A DNA stretch of 64,000 bases from the NCBI GenBank assembly GCA_047495785.1, contig JBLDXI010000033.1, positions 2,046,001 to 2,110,000 of the forward strand, read 5' to 3'. Under the pieces are notes generated by a model that saw only the letters and a program-made list of their open reading frames with translations, made no database searches and was not told the origin of the DNA. The stretch is from Lepidodermella squamata (Eukaryota; Animalia; Gastrotricha). The translations under genes were made by a program, and so were the position numbers. This document shows, piece by piece, positions 40,611 through 53,608 of the stretch (its first letter is position 1; each line of letters begins with the position of its first letter).

Positions 40611-43600
40611 ATGTCGTCACGAATTTCTTTGGCCATACCAAAGCCTACAGAGAGAGCAGTGAGGCCAACTTCAGCGTCAGCTAAACTGCAATCTCATCCG
40701 TCATTCTACAGTCCGTTGGTAGATTCTGCAAAGAAACGCACTCTGAGCGCGTACCACAGCCTTGGCGTCAAACCACGTCGGGCAGTACTTGGCGCAGATG
40801 TGAAATTTGATGAAGAGGACTTCAAATCAGAAGGTCAATTGCGTCGATCAACTGTTACGGGCGCTGAACAATTCAGCGGTAAAGATAGCAAATTGATTCC
40901 ATCTATCGAGCAATCAGCCGGCGAAGACGCATTCAAGACGAAAGTCGAGGAATTTGTCACGATAGATATTCTGAGGAAGTTATTGGTTGCATTTTTGAAA
41001 AATAGACAATCGAGATATGAAGAAGGACGATTGAGTAAAGAGGACTTCAGAGATATACTGAAAGATCACCTTGCTAATCATGGCATTAAGGTAATTTCTT
41101 CTTTTATCATGAAACCTTTTTAGTAAACTATTTCAGGCCCAACACGTTGTTGCCTTTTTCGAAAAAATTGATTGGCCGAACAATGGCTCGATTGGATGGA
41201 GTGATTTCTGTACTTATATGCAACTTCAATACTCACAAAGGGAAGAGTTATATGTCAAAGAAAAAGCTGTTCATCTGCTGCTGCCAGCCAAGTCAAGAAT
41301 AGCACCCCATCGCGACGATGTCATCAAAATAATTGATGTCGGAGACAATATGATAGTCTCTTGTGGAAAAGTAATTCCTCCACTAAGCTTTCAAAATGCG
41401 AATATATAGTATTCATTCTTCTCAAGGACGGTTATGTGTGCTTTTGGTCAGCAAGCAATCTAGAACTTCGACGGCACAAAGATCTAATTGTGTCATCGTC
41501 TTCGAATGCAGCCAAAAAGAATCGTGCAAGGATGAAATGGTCAACTGATGCTTGCGTTCTTTCTGATTTTAACAAGCTTTGCATTGCAACCGGTGATCGA
41601 GAATTTCTATTTTACGAACTCAGCAGCTTAGGTAAACATTTTATTATCGGCGATGATTCGAATCGAACAACCGTTTTTTGTTAGCATCTTATTGTCAAGT
41701 AGCCAAACTTCCTGGAATCCCAATTTCAATGTGCTACTCGACTCGTCAGGAAATAGGCAGTCGGGGGCGTAAAAACGAAATTAACGCGGTTGATGAAGGT
41801 ATCTTCGTATTTGGAGACACAAATGGACAAGTTCATGTCATCAGTTTGCTTAATCCGTGAGTTGAAGTACCTAATCAGATTTAAATGAAAATTTGATAAT
41901 TGATTTAGAGGCGAGTTTCTGCGAACTTGGAAAAAAGCAAAACCAATTGAGCTCGGAGGCATGCCTACTACGTCGTTTGAGGAGGTTATTGCGTCACCTA
42001 ACTGCCGTTACGTTTGCTGGGCAGTACACAACGACTGGGCTCATTCAGTATTTCACTGGCAAGAACTAGATCAAATTGTTTCGGCTTCTAACGACTCCAA
42101 CAACTCATTCGTTATCGGCTGCGTATTTCCTCTAACAAACGTTGACACGTTAAGAGACTCTGGTATTGGGAAAAAGACAACTTTTGGCAATGCAACGCAA
42201 TCTTTACATGCCATTCAAAGACCTGCTGATCAACAAACAGTATTTAGAGTTCACAAAGGCGTGAAAGCGCTGACTATTTCACGCAAATATAACTGCTTGA
42301 TATCTGGAGGGATGGACCGCACGCTCAGAATGTGGAATCCTTTCTCGCCAAACATGCCCACTGCTATTATGCGCGGTCATGCCGGTCCTATTATAGGAAT
42401 TTACACGGATGACAACGAGGGAAGAATATTCTCATTTTCTCAAGACAAATCGGTCCGCGTTTGGAGCATCATCGACCAAAGCTGCCTATTGTCGATAAAA
42501 ACTAAATCACATAAAATCGTTGGCGATTTACAAGTTGCTTTCTATTCGCCGCTTAGCAAAGTAATTGCTATGGCAACAGATCGAATATCAATCATTCCTG
42601 TTTTCACGCGCGCTGCTGTTCACCTTGAAGTTGTCTCAACTCATCGCGAACCGGTTACCTGCTGTTTATACAACCCAGTTTTCAACCACGTGGTATCATG
42701 CAGTGAAGGTTCAGTCATTCGAGTTTGGGATCTCGACACTGGCGGGCTGGTTTTCGAATTTGGCGAAGCCCACGGTGAAAGCGGAGTTACATCCGCTAGT
42801 TTTGATTGCACCTGGCGGCGTCTTGTTACCGGCGGCCGTGACGGTGTCGCTCATTTGTGGAATTACAACAACGGGCACCGGCTGAAGACGCTGATGCCAT
42901 CGAGAATGGTGCATAAAAACCCGAATTTGAACAAGTTTTCTGTCAGCTCGAGTGCACAAGGTTTCGTTCCAGCAAATTCTTCGACATCATTAAATGCGTC
43001 GAAAAGCCCAGCTGAAATCTGCGGTGTTGACTACATTGAACTTAACAAGAATAGATATGTCATCACAACAGGATGGGTATGAAAATGCAAAATAAATTGA
43101 ATTTTATGGGCAAATGTTTCGATTTAGGATCGCCGCATCAACATTTTTATGGACAACCCTTCAGCAAGTGACATGCAGGCCGAAGTTCAAGCACCATCAT
43201 TTCGCTGGGATGACGATGTCGATCGTGGCCACCGCGATGACATTCTCTGTATTGCTCAAAGCCCGCCGAATTGGCTAGCAACAGGTTGATATATTTCAAA
43301 GTTTAATAGCCCTTCGCTAGCATGTTATCTAACAGGTGGATTTGATGGACAACTCATCGTCTGGAACATGGTGTCTGGCCATCAGCTCGCAAACCTGGAC
43401 GCACCTGACGTGGCAATGGCGAAAGCGGCGAATCCAGCCTTCCTTAGCAGAGGGCACTCTGAGGAGAGCCAGTCAATCCTGGATAATGCTTTTGATCACA
43501 GCGCGAGACGTCAGAAGAGTGCCGCGAATTCGCGATCTTCGTCGCCCAAATCATATCGTTCATCTTCGCCAAAATCGCATCGCACCGCCACACCCGCATC

Positions 43601-44925
43601 TATCCACGAAAAAGTGAACACGGACACGGCGATTAGGAAGATCGTGTTTTTACCTCGGTTATTTGCTATTTTTGTTTTCTTATTGATTTCAAACATTATT
43701 ATTCACGTTCAGGAGGGCTGCTCAGAGGAATGCCGAAGGTGCTCAAATAATTGCCGCCGGTCCTCATGGGTGCCTGCATTTTTGGAATGTGTATCACGGC
43801 GGCAAGTTATTAGCTCGCGTTGCCGGTTCTGCAATTGCGGAAAGCGTCGCAACAGCCATTGCCCTTGACGACAAAGAGGAATGCCTCTTCTCAGGCGATT
43901 CGAGCGGGTTTGTCTACAAGTGGAACATTGATGGCTACGCTACAGGACAAAACTTTGCCGCAAGCCCGCCTGAGCTGCGTTGTTTCTTCAGGTGCCATGT
44001 AGACGCAATCACATCAATAGTTTATATCGCCAAGCATCAAGTGATATGTAAGAGTGGTCATTAATTTTAATTCTACAAACTTGAATTCATGAAAAATTCA
44101 TGCGCGTAATTATAGTGACTAGCTCTATCGATTGCACGGTTCGCATGTGGGATTTAACCGGCGGCTATATCGGTACATTCGGACAAGCTGATCTGTGGGA
44201 CATCCGAAATCCGGCCACCTATCGCCGGCCTCACGTTCCTTACGATGTCCTAGTTGATCCACTTTCCGTTCCAGGACCTTCGGGGGTGATTGATGGAACC
44301 ACAACAGACCCGAAAGATCGGTTGACTTTGGCTGCTGTTCTCGCCGAGATGAAAGCTGAGAAGAAAGATGGAGATGCCTCAGAATTGTGGTCTTCTCGGG
44401 GAAATTTCAAATTATCGTCTGATCAGGAAATAGAGGAAAATATCAAGCAAAGGTCGTTTAGTGCCGGTTCAGGAAAGCGTCTGAGACACGAACGACAAAA
44501 AACAAGTGCTAAATTGTGGTGAGTAAAAATTCGAATTTTTTTCACCAGATTTTGATATAAATTTTCACCAATTCGATTTTACAGCTTCAAAAAATAATAA
44601 CTAGCCATTGATGGCATTAGCGATTTACTTGAACCTAATTTCGTTGATAATCTTTTCCAGGAAATGAATGCCTAGTAGTGTTTCGAACCCGATCATTTCT
44701 AAATTTTCTAGTAGTACTCTAATGCTTACTTTATCTACTTTTATGTTACTTCATGCCGTTTTATTTAAATTGACCAGGCTTGGGCCTAGCCATTATCAGT
44801 CACTGAGATGCCACGATTTGGACGAAGGCCCTGACAAGACGGCTCAGCAAGCTGAAGCTACGAGACGAGAAATATCGCGCCAGGCGCCGCGTTCTTCGGT
44901 CGACGATTTGCTAGCTGCATCTTAG
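40611..44925 (+). CDS. WDR49: EF-hand plus WD40 ciliary protein, WDR49/CFAP337 (WDY)-like
   Basis: EF-hand-like FEKIDWPNNGSIGWSDFCTYMQLQY; many WD repeats (SGGMDRTLRMWNP, RRLVTGGRDG, TSSIDCTVRMW..GGYIGTFGQ); multi-exon. Confidence 0.78.
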
Positions 44926-45840
44926 ATTCAAATACGCGTGATTCTTGATGATAGATTATTATTATAATAACTGAATTGAAACGCTCTTGAGTATAGCTCA
45001 TTTCGACTTGAAAACATTCCATAGTTAACACCGGTCTGCTGTTTTGTTTTAGCCGCCATGAAAATTCATTATTTGTATCTGATCTGCGTTTTCTTGCTAA
45101 CGAGGAATGTTAGAAATTATTTCGTGATTTCAATTATTTTCAGCTCTTCCGAATTGATTGAGTAACATTACTTTTGTCATTTGCTGTAATTCAACGTTGC
45201 AGATTATTATATGCCAATATCGGAATCATTCCTTGCCCGATTATTATCATCTCAATTTTACTTCTGATTTGAATAAATGCGCAAGGAATTCCGCTGATCA
45301 AGTTCACTCGCAGCGATTGCCCTCGGCATGGTGCAAATTTCGGGTGTGTAGCCATATTAGGCAAATTGTTAAATAATTATGCCGCACCCGCGTATCTTTG
45401 GTGAGCTCATGAAAAATTCATCAAAATCGATGCGATTTGCGGCAAGGTGTCGCCTCGCCCGCGTACGTAGTCGCGGCAAAAAGGCGAGTGTCTGCTCATT
45501 TCGCTTCGAGTTAATCGACGGCTGCTCTGCGCTGAAAGAAATAAATGAGCCAACGCCAGCCGCAGCAGCAGCCTAGCAACCCGACGAATACGAGCTCAAA
45601 AGACCATTCACAGAAATCTCGCCAGGTACCTCTCGGGCCGCAAAATTAAATTAAATGACGCATGACAAACAACTTACAAACGACGCCGCTCACCAACAAT
45701 AATGCAAAAGCCATCAACACTGTAGAGTGTGTGAATTCAAAAGGCGCGACAAAACAAGCCTGCGGCGGTTGTTTATAAAACTAAATGCTTTATTTGCACC
45801 CTGTGATTAAAAGTTTCCAACAATAAATTCGCATTATTTA

Positions 45841-47185
45841 TCAATCGATGACGATGCAGTCAGGAACAAAAATAGGCATGGGTCGAGGTCGCTGTTGCTG
45901 CGGCTGTGGCGGTGGCGGCGCCGGAAGGCGTGGTTTCTTAGCTGAAACAGCGTTTTCACGTGACGAGGTTATCGAAGAGCTAGATTCGTTTTGCGAGTGC
46001 AGAGATTTCTGCTGTAAGGCATTAATCGCATCTCGAGCTGCGACTCGTCTTTTGTAATAGTCGGCGATCAGCTTTTGAGCGTCATTTTTCATTGTAGACT
46101 TTTCGCACAGACTGCACTCCCAAGGGTCAGTCGGGTTCCACGGGTCGATGCAGCGCCTGTATAGGGAAAAAATGATACAGAAAATTGGAGGCGAAATACA
46201 AGCCGTACCTGTGAGTGCCGCTGCTACTACCGCATGTTTGACAGGCTATAAGCTCGTTCGGACCTTCGTTTTTCGACGAGTGCTCGCGACCTTTTTTGCA
46301 GAGACAGACGTCGACGGTGCATTTCAGCATCACACCCCTCTCTTGCCCCAAATACTCGTCCCGATACTCGCCCTCCCAATCAGCATCTTTCAGCGGCAGT
46401 TCGAAGCCGTAGGTCAGAAGTTCGTCCTTGAACTGCTCAACATTGTTGCAGTTGGGACACCGTATGTGATGGTTACCAGCTTTGTAAGCCCACGTCTAGA
46501 AAATGAAATGCGTAAAGAAAAGTGAGATATTTTTTACCAGAATGCAACCTGTAAACAATCACGATGGTACCACTTTTTGCAAGCTGGACAATAAATTTGA
46601 TCGAATCCAACCGTCTGATCGACCTCATCTTGGCAAATGTGACAAATTTCGTCAGCTGATTGGGAGCCGGACTGAAGCTTTGGTTGATGAGGTTGATGCT
46701 TGCGGCACTTGGACCAAAAGTTGCGAAAATCAAAAATAACTTTGTTCGCCAAGCCACACGAAAAATGATAGTTCTATAAATGAAAGTAGGCGGCATTTTT
46801 CTTAACAACGTTCGGAATTATTTACCAGTTTACAGTTCTTTCCTTGGCATAAAGCAGCTGCATTAGGCTTCTTGCAAAAACAGCAAATCTTGTTCGCGCT
46901 TCGCTCTGCTTCCTTCTTGACGCTTTCGGGTATAAAAAAGAATAAGTTGTATTCTGGAAAGTCAGAATAATCCGCATCGTTTTTCTGCTTGAGTAATTTG
47001 CTGCCAAAATATAAACAATTTTTGTGTGCTCGAATGTCGTCAGAAGAATACAAGGGGCCGATCGCCAAGTTTTCAGGCTGGGCTGGCTGTGAACACAAGA
47101 TGCATACTTCCTCCAAAATTCCCTTCTGACTGGCGAATTTCGATCCTTGTGGCAATCCTTTCGATGAGTCACCGTTTTTCTTCAT
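45841..47185 (-). CDS. PHF7/G2E3-like ePHD-RING-PHD zinc finger protein, no HECT domain
   Basis: CILC...AHKNCLYFGSKL...KEAERS...CCFCKKPNA; YHFSCG; CHIC..CPAC..WYHRDCLQ; RCPNCNN; DADWE; CQTCGSSSGTH; WECSLC. Confidence 0.85.
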
Positions 47186-47610
47186 AAAACAAATCAAAAT
47201 ACGAGAATACAAAAAAATAAACGTTCGTAAAATCTGAAAAAGAAATGACCGGATTATACCATCGCTTTATCATGATGAGCAAATACTGAATGGAAAAAAT
47301 CGCGTGCTTTTTCCTTCGAGCCACGCTACTTTTAGCTTTATGGTTTATGGCAGGAGATAAACAATAAATTCACTATGCAGCGAGGAGCAGTGAGGTAGTA
47401 ATAAAACCGGCGAAATGTAGGTCATCGTGTTGCTGAAATAACTTTGCGGCCTGGTAATGATGACACTAATGAAAATGTTCATTTTATGCATCAAGAATTT
47501 ATTCGGAATTCAACGAGGTCGATTTGTGTCTCTCGGATATGGATTATTGACAATTTATTATGAGGCAAGGAAAATTCAATTGTGTTAACTTTTTTTCGAA
47601 AGTTTGAATA

Positions 47611-47928
47611 AAAAGATTAACGCGTAAAAACTAATTCTTTTACTTGCTGGCGGCGACGTTTCGTCACACGCGGATGCCATCTTCGGGTCATAGGTATTAA
47701 GGAAGTCTAAACAAAGATGTATTACAAAGAGATGTCATCTCATTGTTATAGTCTTTGAACCGTAATATCTTCGTAGGGACTTCCACTTAATACCTTGGAG
47801 GAATAGAGGAATAGTAATGTACTATTACTCCAAGCTTAATACCTATGACCTGAAGATGATGGCACCCGCGTGTGACGAAACGTCGCCGTCAGCAAGTAAA
47901 AGAATTGTTTTTTACGCGTTAATATTTT
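47611..47928. mobile_element. Inverted-repeat element (arms about 88 bp) with hammerhead-like cores; Penelope-like terminal repeat remnant or MITE
   Basis: 47616-47701 is the near-perfect reverse complement of 47835-47923. Each arm has C(T/C)GAAGA...GACGAAACGTCG. Confidence 0.7.
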
Positions 47929-48328
47929 TACTCAAAGGAAAAATTCAGCTCACGGACAGTCGCTCCTTAAGCGACGGAGCGCAGATTTTGAATACTTCGA
48001 ATTATTGTTCACTCGTTCGCTGTGGAAAATGAAAGAAAATCTTAATACTGTCGCAATAATTTGTGGCCCTGAGAAGGGAAAATGGCCGTTTATTATATAG
48101 TTTGCTGAAGATACCGGTGTTCGCACGTCGAAACAAAAGAGGAACCTGTTCTTCCACCCAAGTTGCAACCGAAAGCCGCACCTGCCCTTATTTCGAGGTG
48201 TTGAATAATTTGACGAGGCATAGCATCACAATTTATTTTCGCCAATACTATCATGTCATTCATTATACTGATTTATGAGCCGATTGTTCTGAGTCCTCAA
48301 AATTGTCGATATTTTAAATGTTGATTTA

Positions 48329-48619
48329 TTACAGGCTGCTTTCGTGAAAATGATTGCTGCTGGCAACGTAATCTGACCCGTAATTCCAAGCTCTTCGCGC
48401 GATTCCCGTTCCAAGGACCCACATTTTGCTGGCTAATAAAGCAGCGGCGTCGAAAAACTCCGTCATTTCTTTTGTTCCGAATTCTTGCCGAACGGCGTTC
48501 AGATAACTCCCGCTTGCCGCGAAGAGACGGGGTGACGAGAAAAATGCGAGGTAAATTGCGTAGAAAATCACCAGCCAGCCAATCAACTTCGGCATATTTG
48601 GGAAGAAGAAGAAGAACAT
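48329..48619 (-). CDS. Putative small single-pass membrane protein
   Basis: 96-aa ATG ORF with a hydrophobic N-terminal segment; AATAAA overlaps the stop. No recognised family. Confidence 0.4.
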   Translation of the reverse strand: MFFFFFPNMPKLIGWLVIFYAIYLAFFSSPRLFAASGSYLNAVRQEFGTKEMTEFFDAAALLASKMWVLGTGIARRAWNYGSDYVASSNHFHESSL

Positions 48620-50889
48620 GGCTTATTTAGTTCAACTTTTCAAACGTGAAGAATCTGTTTCAGTGAATCGTTCTTAGCATTTACTTTTTGCTTCATCCGG
48701 CGATTGAATCGCGTGTCGTCATTTGACTAAGACACGTCATCTCATAATACCGAGCCTATTAAGCCTTATTATTTTTTTACATGATTATCCTCTCAGTTCT
48801 TGTACGTACGGCGATGTTGGGCAAATAAAGGATGTATACCGGTACAAAGGCCTTTTGGTTCAGGACCAAAACATCACCACGCCCGCCCGCCTTATCTCGC
48901 TGACATAAATTACGTTGAAAATTGCTGATTTTGATGGTATGGTAGGCTTTACCGTTTACAGCCATCCCACGCGAAACATTATTATGACGAAAACAAGCTG
49001 TGAGAGGTTGAAGAACTGACAAGGACTCGGAAAAGCCATCGACAACACGATTTCAGGTTTATCTCGCCCAGAGTAACAAGTCACTTTTGGTTCCCTAACT
49101 GCTCTCAAAGATAGTAGCAGGAAACTAATATAAGGTTCACGAGCATGACAGTGTCAACAAGCTGGGTGGGCGATCGGGCGGCGTCGGTAACTACAAGTAA
49201 ACACTGAAATGTATCCTGAAACTGCGCGTATCGGAGGTCGTAAAAGCTACAAAGATAAAACTTTCGAATGAGGAAATAGAGACAGGGCTATTATTAATTA
49301 TCTTAACAACTATAATACGTGTCAACAAGCGCCTTTTATCTATTCTGCTGGAACGGCAGAGTTCGCTGAGCTTGTTTGCATTTTGTGCGCCTTTCGCGCG
49401 GCCCTAAAAGCCGCGTGGGTGCCACCGGTCGCGTTCCGCCTTATCTCCACGCCGCACCAGCTTTCTTCTCGCTCTACCGTAGACACTCGTTTAAACCGAC
49501 CGTTTTTATTTAGACTTGATTTCAACCATTTTTTAATGCGATCAGCTACATCAGTGTACACATCGATTGGTATTGGGAATATTTATATCATATTGATAGC
49601 TGGGGATAGGTTTCGATTTTAATGGTGCTATCATTCGAAGCTATCAGCCCTCGCTTCCGTTTGGTTATAGCTAAAAAGGCCGCGCTCCGAGATAAGAAAG
49701 TTAACTCGTAGGCGGCTAAGTGGCGCCGCTATTTAAAGCCAAGGCCAAGACGACTTGCTAGCCAAATCGGTTTTCCCGTCACACATACAACACTAGTCGG
49801 CGTGTTGTGTACCGTATCATACACCTGTGCGTTTTCTCTCGCGCGCTTTGGGCGCGCCCGATTTCCGATATTACACTCGAGCATTTTTAATATGCCTATT
49901 ACTCTCCGATATGCAGCCGCAACAACGGTGGTCGTGATGTTTAGCCATAACACGTAGTTATTTTGCATATTTTTTTATCTCTGAAATGAAATTCCGCCAC
50001 GCACAGGTGAAATGACGGCAATAAAACACGCAAAGTCGACGCGGGCCTCTCGTCGGGAGATTAGAAATGGCACTGTCGAAACTTGTGACTTATTTCCGCG
50101 CTTATAACGCATTGCTCCGTGTCGCGTTCGCCTAGTTGATAGCAAAACGGCGCCACGCCGTGGGCTGAAAAATCGCGGCTGAAAACAACGTCGTGCGCGG
50201 GCGCGGGTATTTATAACAAGCGCGACCGGGCCGATACCGGCTTCAGTCGCGTTTTTGTACACACCCTGCTAACGCGCACTTCGGTCGCACCTCAGCCTTC
50301 TGCTCATCGGCGGCGGCGTGACACGCGTTCAATGTCGAAATAAACATCGTGTCAGATCTAAATCTTCCGGCAGGAGAACTCGTCGCCATCTGCTCATCGA
50401 CCAGCTTGCTTTTTATACTTATACCTATAGCTATGCCTACTCTTTACCTATCATTTATTCAGCATTTTTGTGCATTGTAATCGAAATAATTAGCCATCTC
50501 GTGGCTTTTTAGTATGCAATTGCTTTTTTGTTTCCTTTTATGTTCAGCCAGCTCCGACGTCGACGATGATGGCGCTTTTTTCCCACCACACACTTGCCTT
50601 TGCCGGCCGCTGCTTGTGCGCGGCAACACACAGCTGTGACGCATCAGGAGCTGCCCGCTATCAGTGGAGACGTAGTTGTCTCGCGCGAAACCCCTCCGCA
50701 TCTTTTTGCAACCCAAAGCGTGAGATTCTACTCCTCCAGCTGATTGCGGAAAAGCTCACGACATATTTTCGAATAATAATAACTTTTCTCTTTGCAAATA
50801 ATCATCATTTTTATAATATGTTTTATGTCACTCCGTTTTTGGCAATAAAAAGCAACATCAGTGAGACAAGAATAGCATTTTTTTGCAAC

Positions 50890-52069
50890 TCAAATAATTA
50901 GGGCAGAAATAATCACAGTCACAACACTTGCTGTAGCTATTTTCGCACTTGAATCGAAGTCATCCTCGTTATAATCCCGATTTCGGTAAAACTTCCTAGT
51001 TGTAGACTTTCGATTCGCCGTCGGCCTGATTCGTACTGCACTTGTCATTCGTTCTGTCGTAGTCGCTGGCTCTGTTGTTGTGACCGCGCCGCCGTTATTT
51101 GCCGCCGTTGACATCCACCAGAATAAATCACCAAGGGTCGTACGACTGTTATCAGTGATCAGAGGGTGGTTATTCAATCGATAGCGTCTTATCTCGACAG
51201 ACCTACCTGCTGTACAACTTGGCGACTGATTCAGCTGTTTCGTTGCTCGGAAGTGAACAATCGCTCTCCTTTGTCGACCCGATTCGCAGCTGATAACGCG
51301 CGATCGACACCGGTAACTCGCCCATCTTAGGTGAGCTATTTTATACTGATGTTTTATCGCAATCTGGCAGGGTTATTCATCGGCAATAAAATTACCATTT
51401 CGACATCAACTGTGACGCAAGACAGCCTGTTCGCGTTTTGAAGGCAACACAATCAGCACCAGGCACCGGAGGTAGGGTTATCAAATTAAAATCGCTCGCT
51501 GGTAACGTTGTCCGAAACGTGAAAAACTCATAAGGGTACAATACAAGTGGGATGTCGACAGCCATGTTGGGACACTGGCTGAACAACTTGTCGACAGGCT
51601 CGCTGCAAAGCCGGTCGAATGATGAGCCGCCGTTTTGCCACAACGAACAACCCCAATAGATGAATCGAAAGCTTTGAAACATCTATTCTCGAAATATTTC
51701 TGATTTTTAATTCTTGAGATATTCTTGAAAACTAACCCTTATCGACACAGCTGCTATTTCATTTGACTTGGACCGCTCTTCACAGTAGGAAAAATTGCGG
51801 TCATTCAGGCATTTCATCATTGAAGCCGCATTATTGCACATGAGATCTGAGAAAATTTGAATCTGTGACCGAAAAGCTGGCGTATCGCGCTTGTCAAGCG
51901 GGAGATCGTTCAGGTACAGTGTCAACGACAATGAAACGTTCCCGAGACTGAAAAATACGTTGCTGTCAAAGCAAGGCATAAAAGGATCATCCTGGCATGG
52001 ATCCACCTCGGCTCCGGCGAGGTGGGCACAGATCGATAGTATCAGAGCTGATAGAAGGCGATAAATCAT
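50890..52069 (-). CDS. Cys-rich surface protein, paralog A (signal peptide, Thr-rich stalk, hydrophobic C-terminus); 4 exons
   Basis: In-frame splicing by eye; shares F..CE, GC.LW and DC..FK.RTGC..SQ motifs with B and C; ends SSAKIATASVVTVIISALII*. Confidence 0.8.
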
Positions 52070-52396
52070 TGAAGCTTCTATTTGGTACTACCAAACCAAT
52101 GTGTTTCTGATGAAAGCGAAACGTGACTAGTCATGAAAGGAAACAATGCAGGTGAAACAATAGCGCGTTGTTTTAATGTGCCTACGCATTTCGCTGTTCT
52201 TTCATGAAAATTTCACTCGGCTTGACTTGAAACCTTTGTTTCCGCGTGAGTGGCGAGCCCCGCAAGAAATATCAAGTAAAAACAGAGGATACATTCATTC
52301 AAACATTAAGCTGATGACAGAGCCAATACAAGTTCTCATGGGTAAAAACTTCTGAATGAATATTATGTAGTTTTGTTCGAGATTGAAGTCCCTGAT

Positions 52397-53291
52397 CTAT
52401 TCATCTTGACTGCGCCGTTTCGTTTGTTGAGCCCTGGAATAGGTATTTGGAAATTTACAGCTGAATGTTTCAAGGCAGGCAATCTTACTTGACTGCTTCA
52501 TTATATTTGTCTACCAAATTAGTGGCTGTATCGTTGCGTGAAAATGCACACCGACTCTTGCTGAGCCCCAATTGCAAGCGTGCCAGCAGCCACGGCAGTT
52601 GAGCGCTTCTAGCATTCGAGCTGAGAAAAACAGTTCAGGGAACTTTAGGCTATAAAACATTTTGTTACCATGATTTCGTAAACTGGCTCACAACGCAACC
52701 AGTTCGAACTTTGAAGGTTTCGCAATCCGTTGCATTATTGACACCAGGCAGTGATAGAAGTTGGGCAACAGTGTTGCTATCACCGAAAAAGCTGCTAAAG
52801 TCCCGAATCATAGGAACTCTCGGTAAATAGCTTGAACAGGCATCAAAGTATGTCGAGTAATTTCCACAGTCCTCGTCAATATTGCGCGAGCCACTCGCCC
52901 AAAGCGAGCATCCAAATCCAAGAACGCGGAACGAACCTTGGACTGATAGGGCTACAGCAGCCTGTGGGTTCGTTGAAATTTCCGCTTCACAAGGGGCGAA
53001 GTTTTGGATGTCAAAACAGTTGACAATAGGCTGAGCGATGCGACAAAGCTCGTCGGTTGCGTTATCGACTTGAAACTTCAATTGTTTTAGCGCCGCCGAA
53101 TCGTTGGCTGGAGTTTTTGAAACTAGGGTGCTGATTCTAGCCATGGCTCCTTCCAACTCAGGAAAGGCAGGTAAAGAGCTGCATGGTTGAAATATTTTCG
53201 TGATGTTACACGCGAAATCAGATGCAGCAATCACTTGTAGTAAAGCTGCACTCGCAATGACGAAGATTTCTACCTGAAGGTGAAGATGCAT
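52397..53291 (-). CDS. Cys-rich secreted protein, paralog B (no membrane tail); 3 exons
   Basis: Signal peptide; GCSLW; DCETFKVRTGCVVSQ; LPWLLARLQ; spliced end KAQQTKRRSQDE*. Confidence 0.8.
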
Positions 53292-53608
53292 TTTTCAGGA
53301 ATATTAATTTCTTTCAGCGACTAAAAGGAAATGCTCGTGTAACCTTGATACTGCTGGTGTGAAATGAAGTTCTGTAGGGTAAACAAACCCTGGATCTAGA
53401 ACAATTGAAGTGTCGACAAATCCAGGATCCGTGCGAATCGAACGTGCTCTAAAAAGCAGCGTAAAAACTTTCATTGTTATCGAGGAATTTCATTCAACAA
53501 CTTCCTCACAAAAAGTGACCGTCTTTTATTTACAACCCAATTCAAGACGCATTCAGTTTAGTGCCCTGATGCGAGATAAATGATTTCAGTCTTGCAATAT
53601 GGAAGTTG

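Noticed and set aside
47391-47400. TGAGGTAGTA, identical to the let-7 5' end
   Set aside because: The match stops at 10 nt and there is no complementary arm.
52107-52140. CTGATGA...GAAAC hammerhead-like motif
   Set aside because: Only 4 nt between the boxes (no stem II) and no UH cleavage site after stem III.
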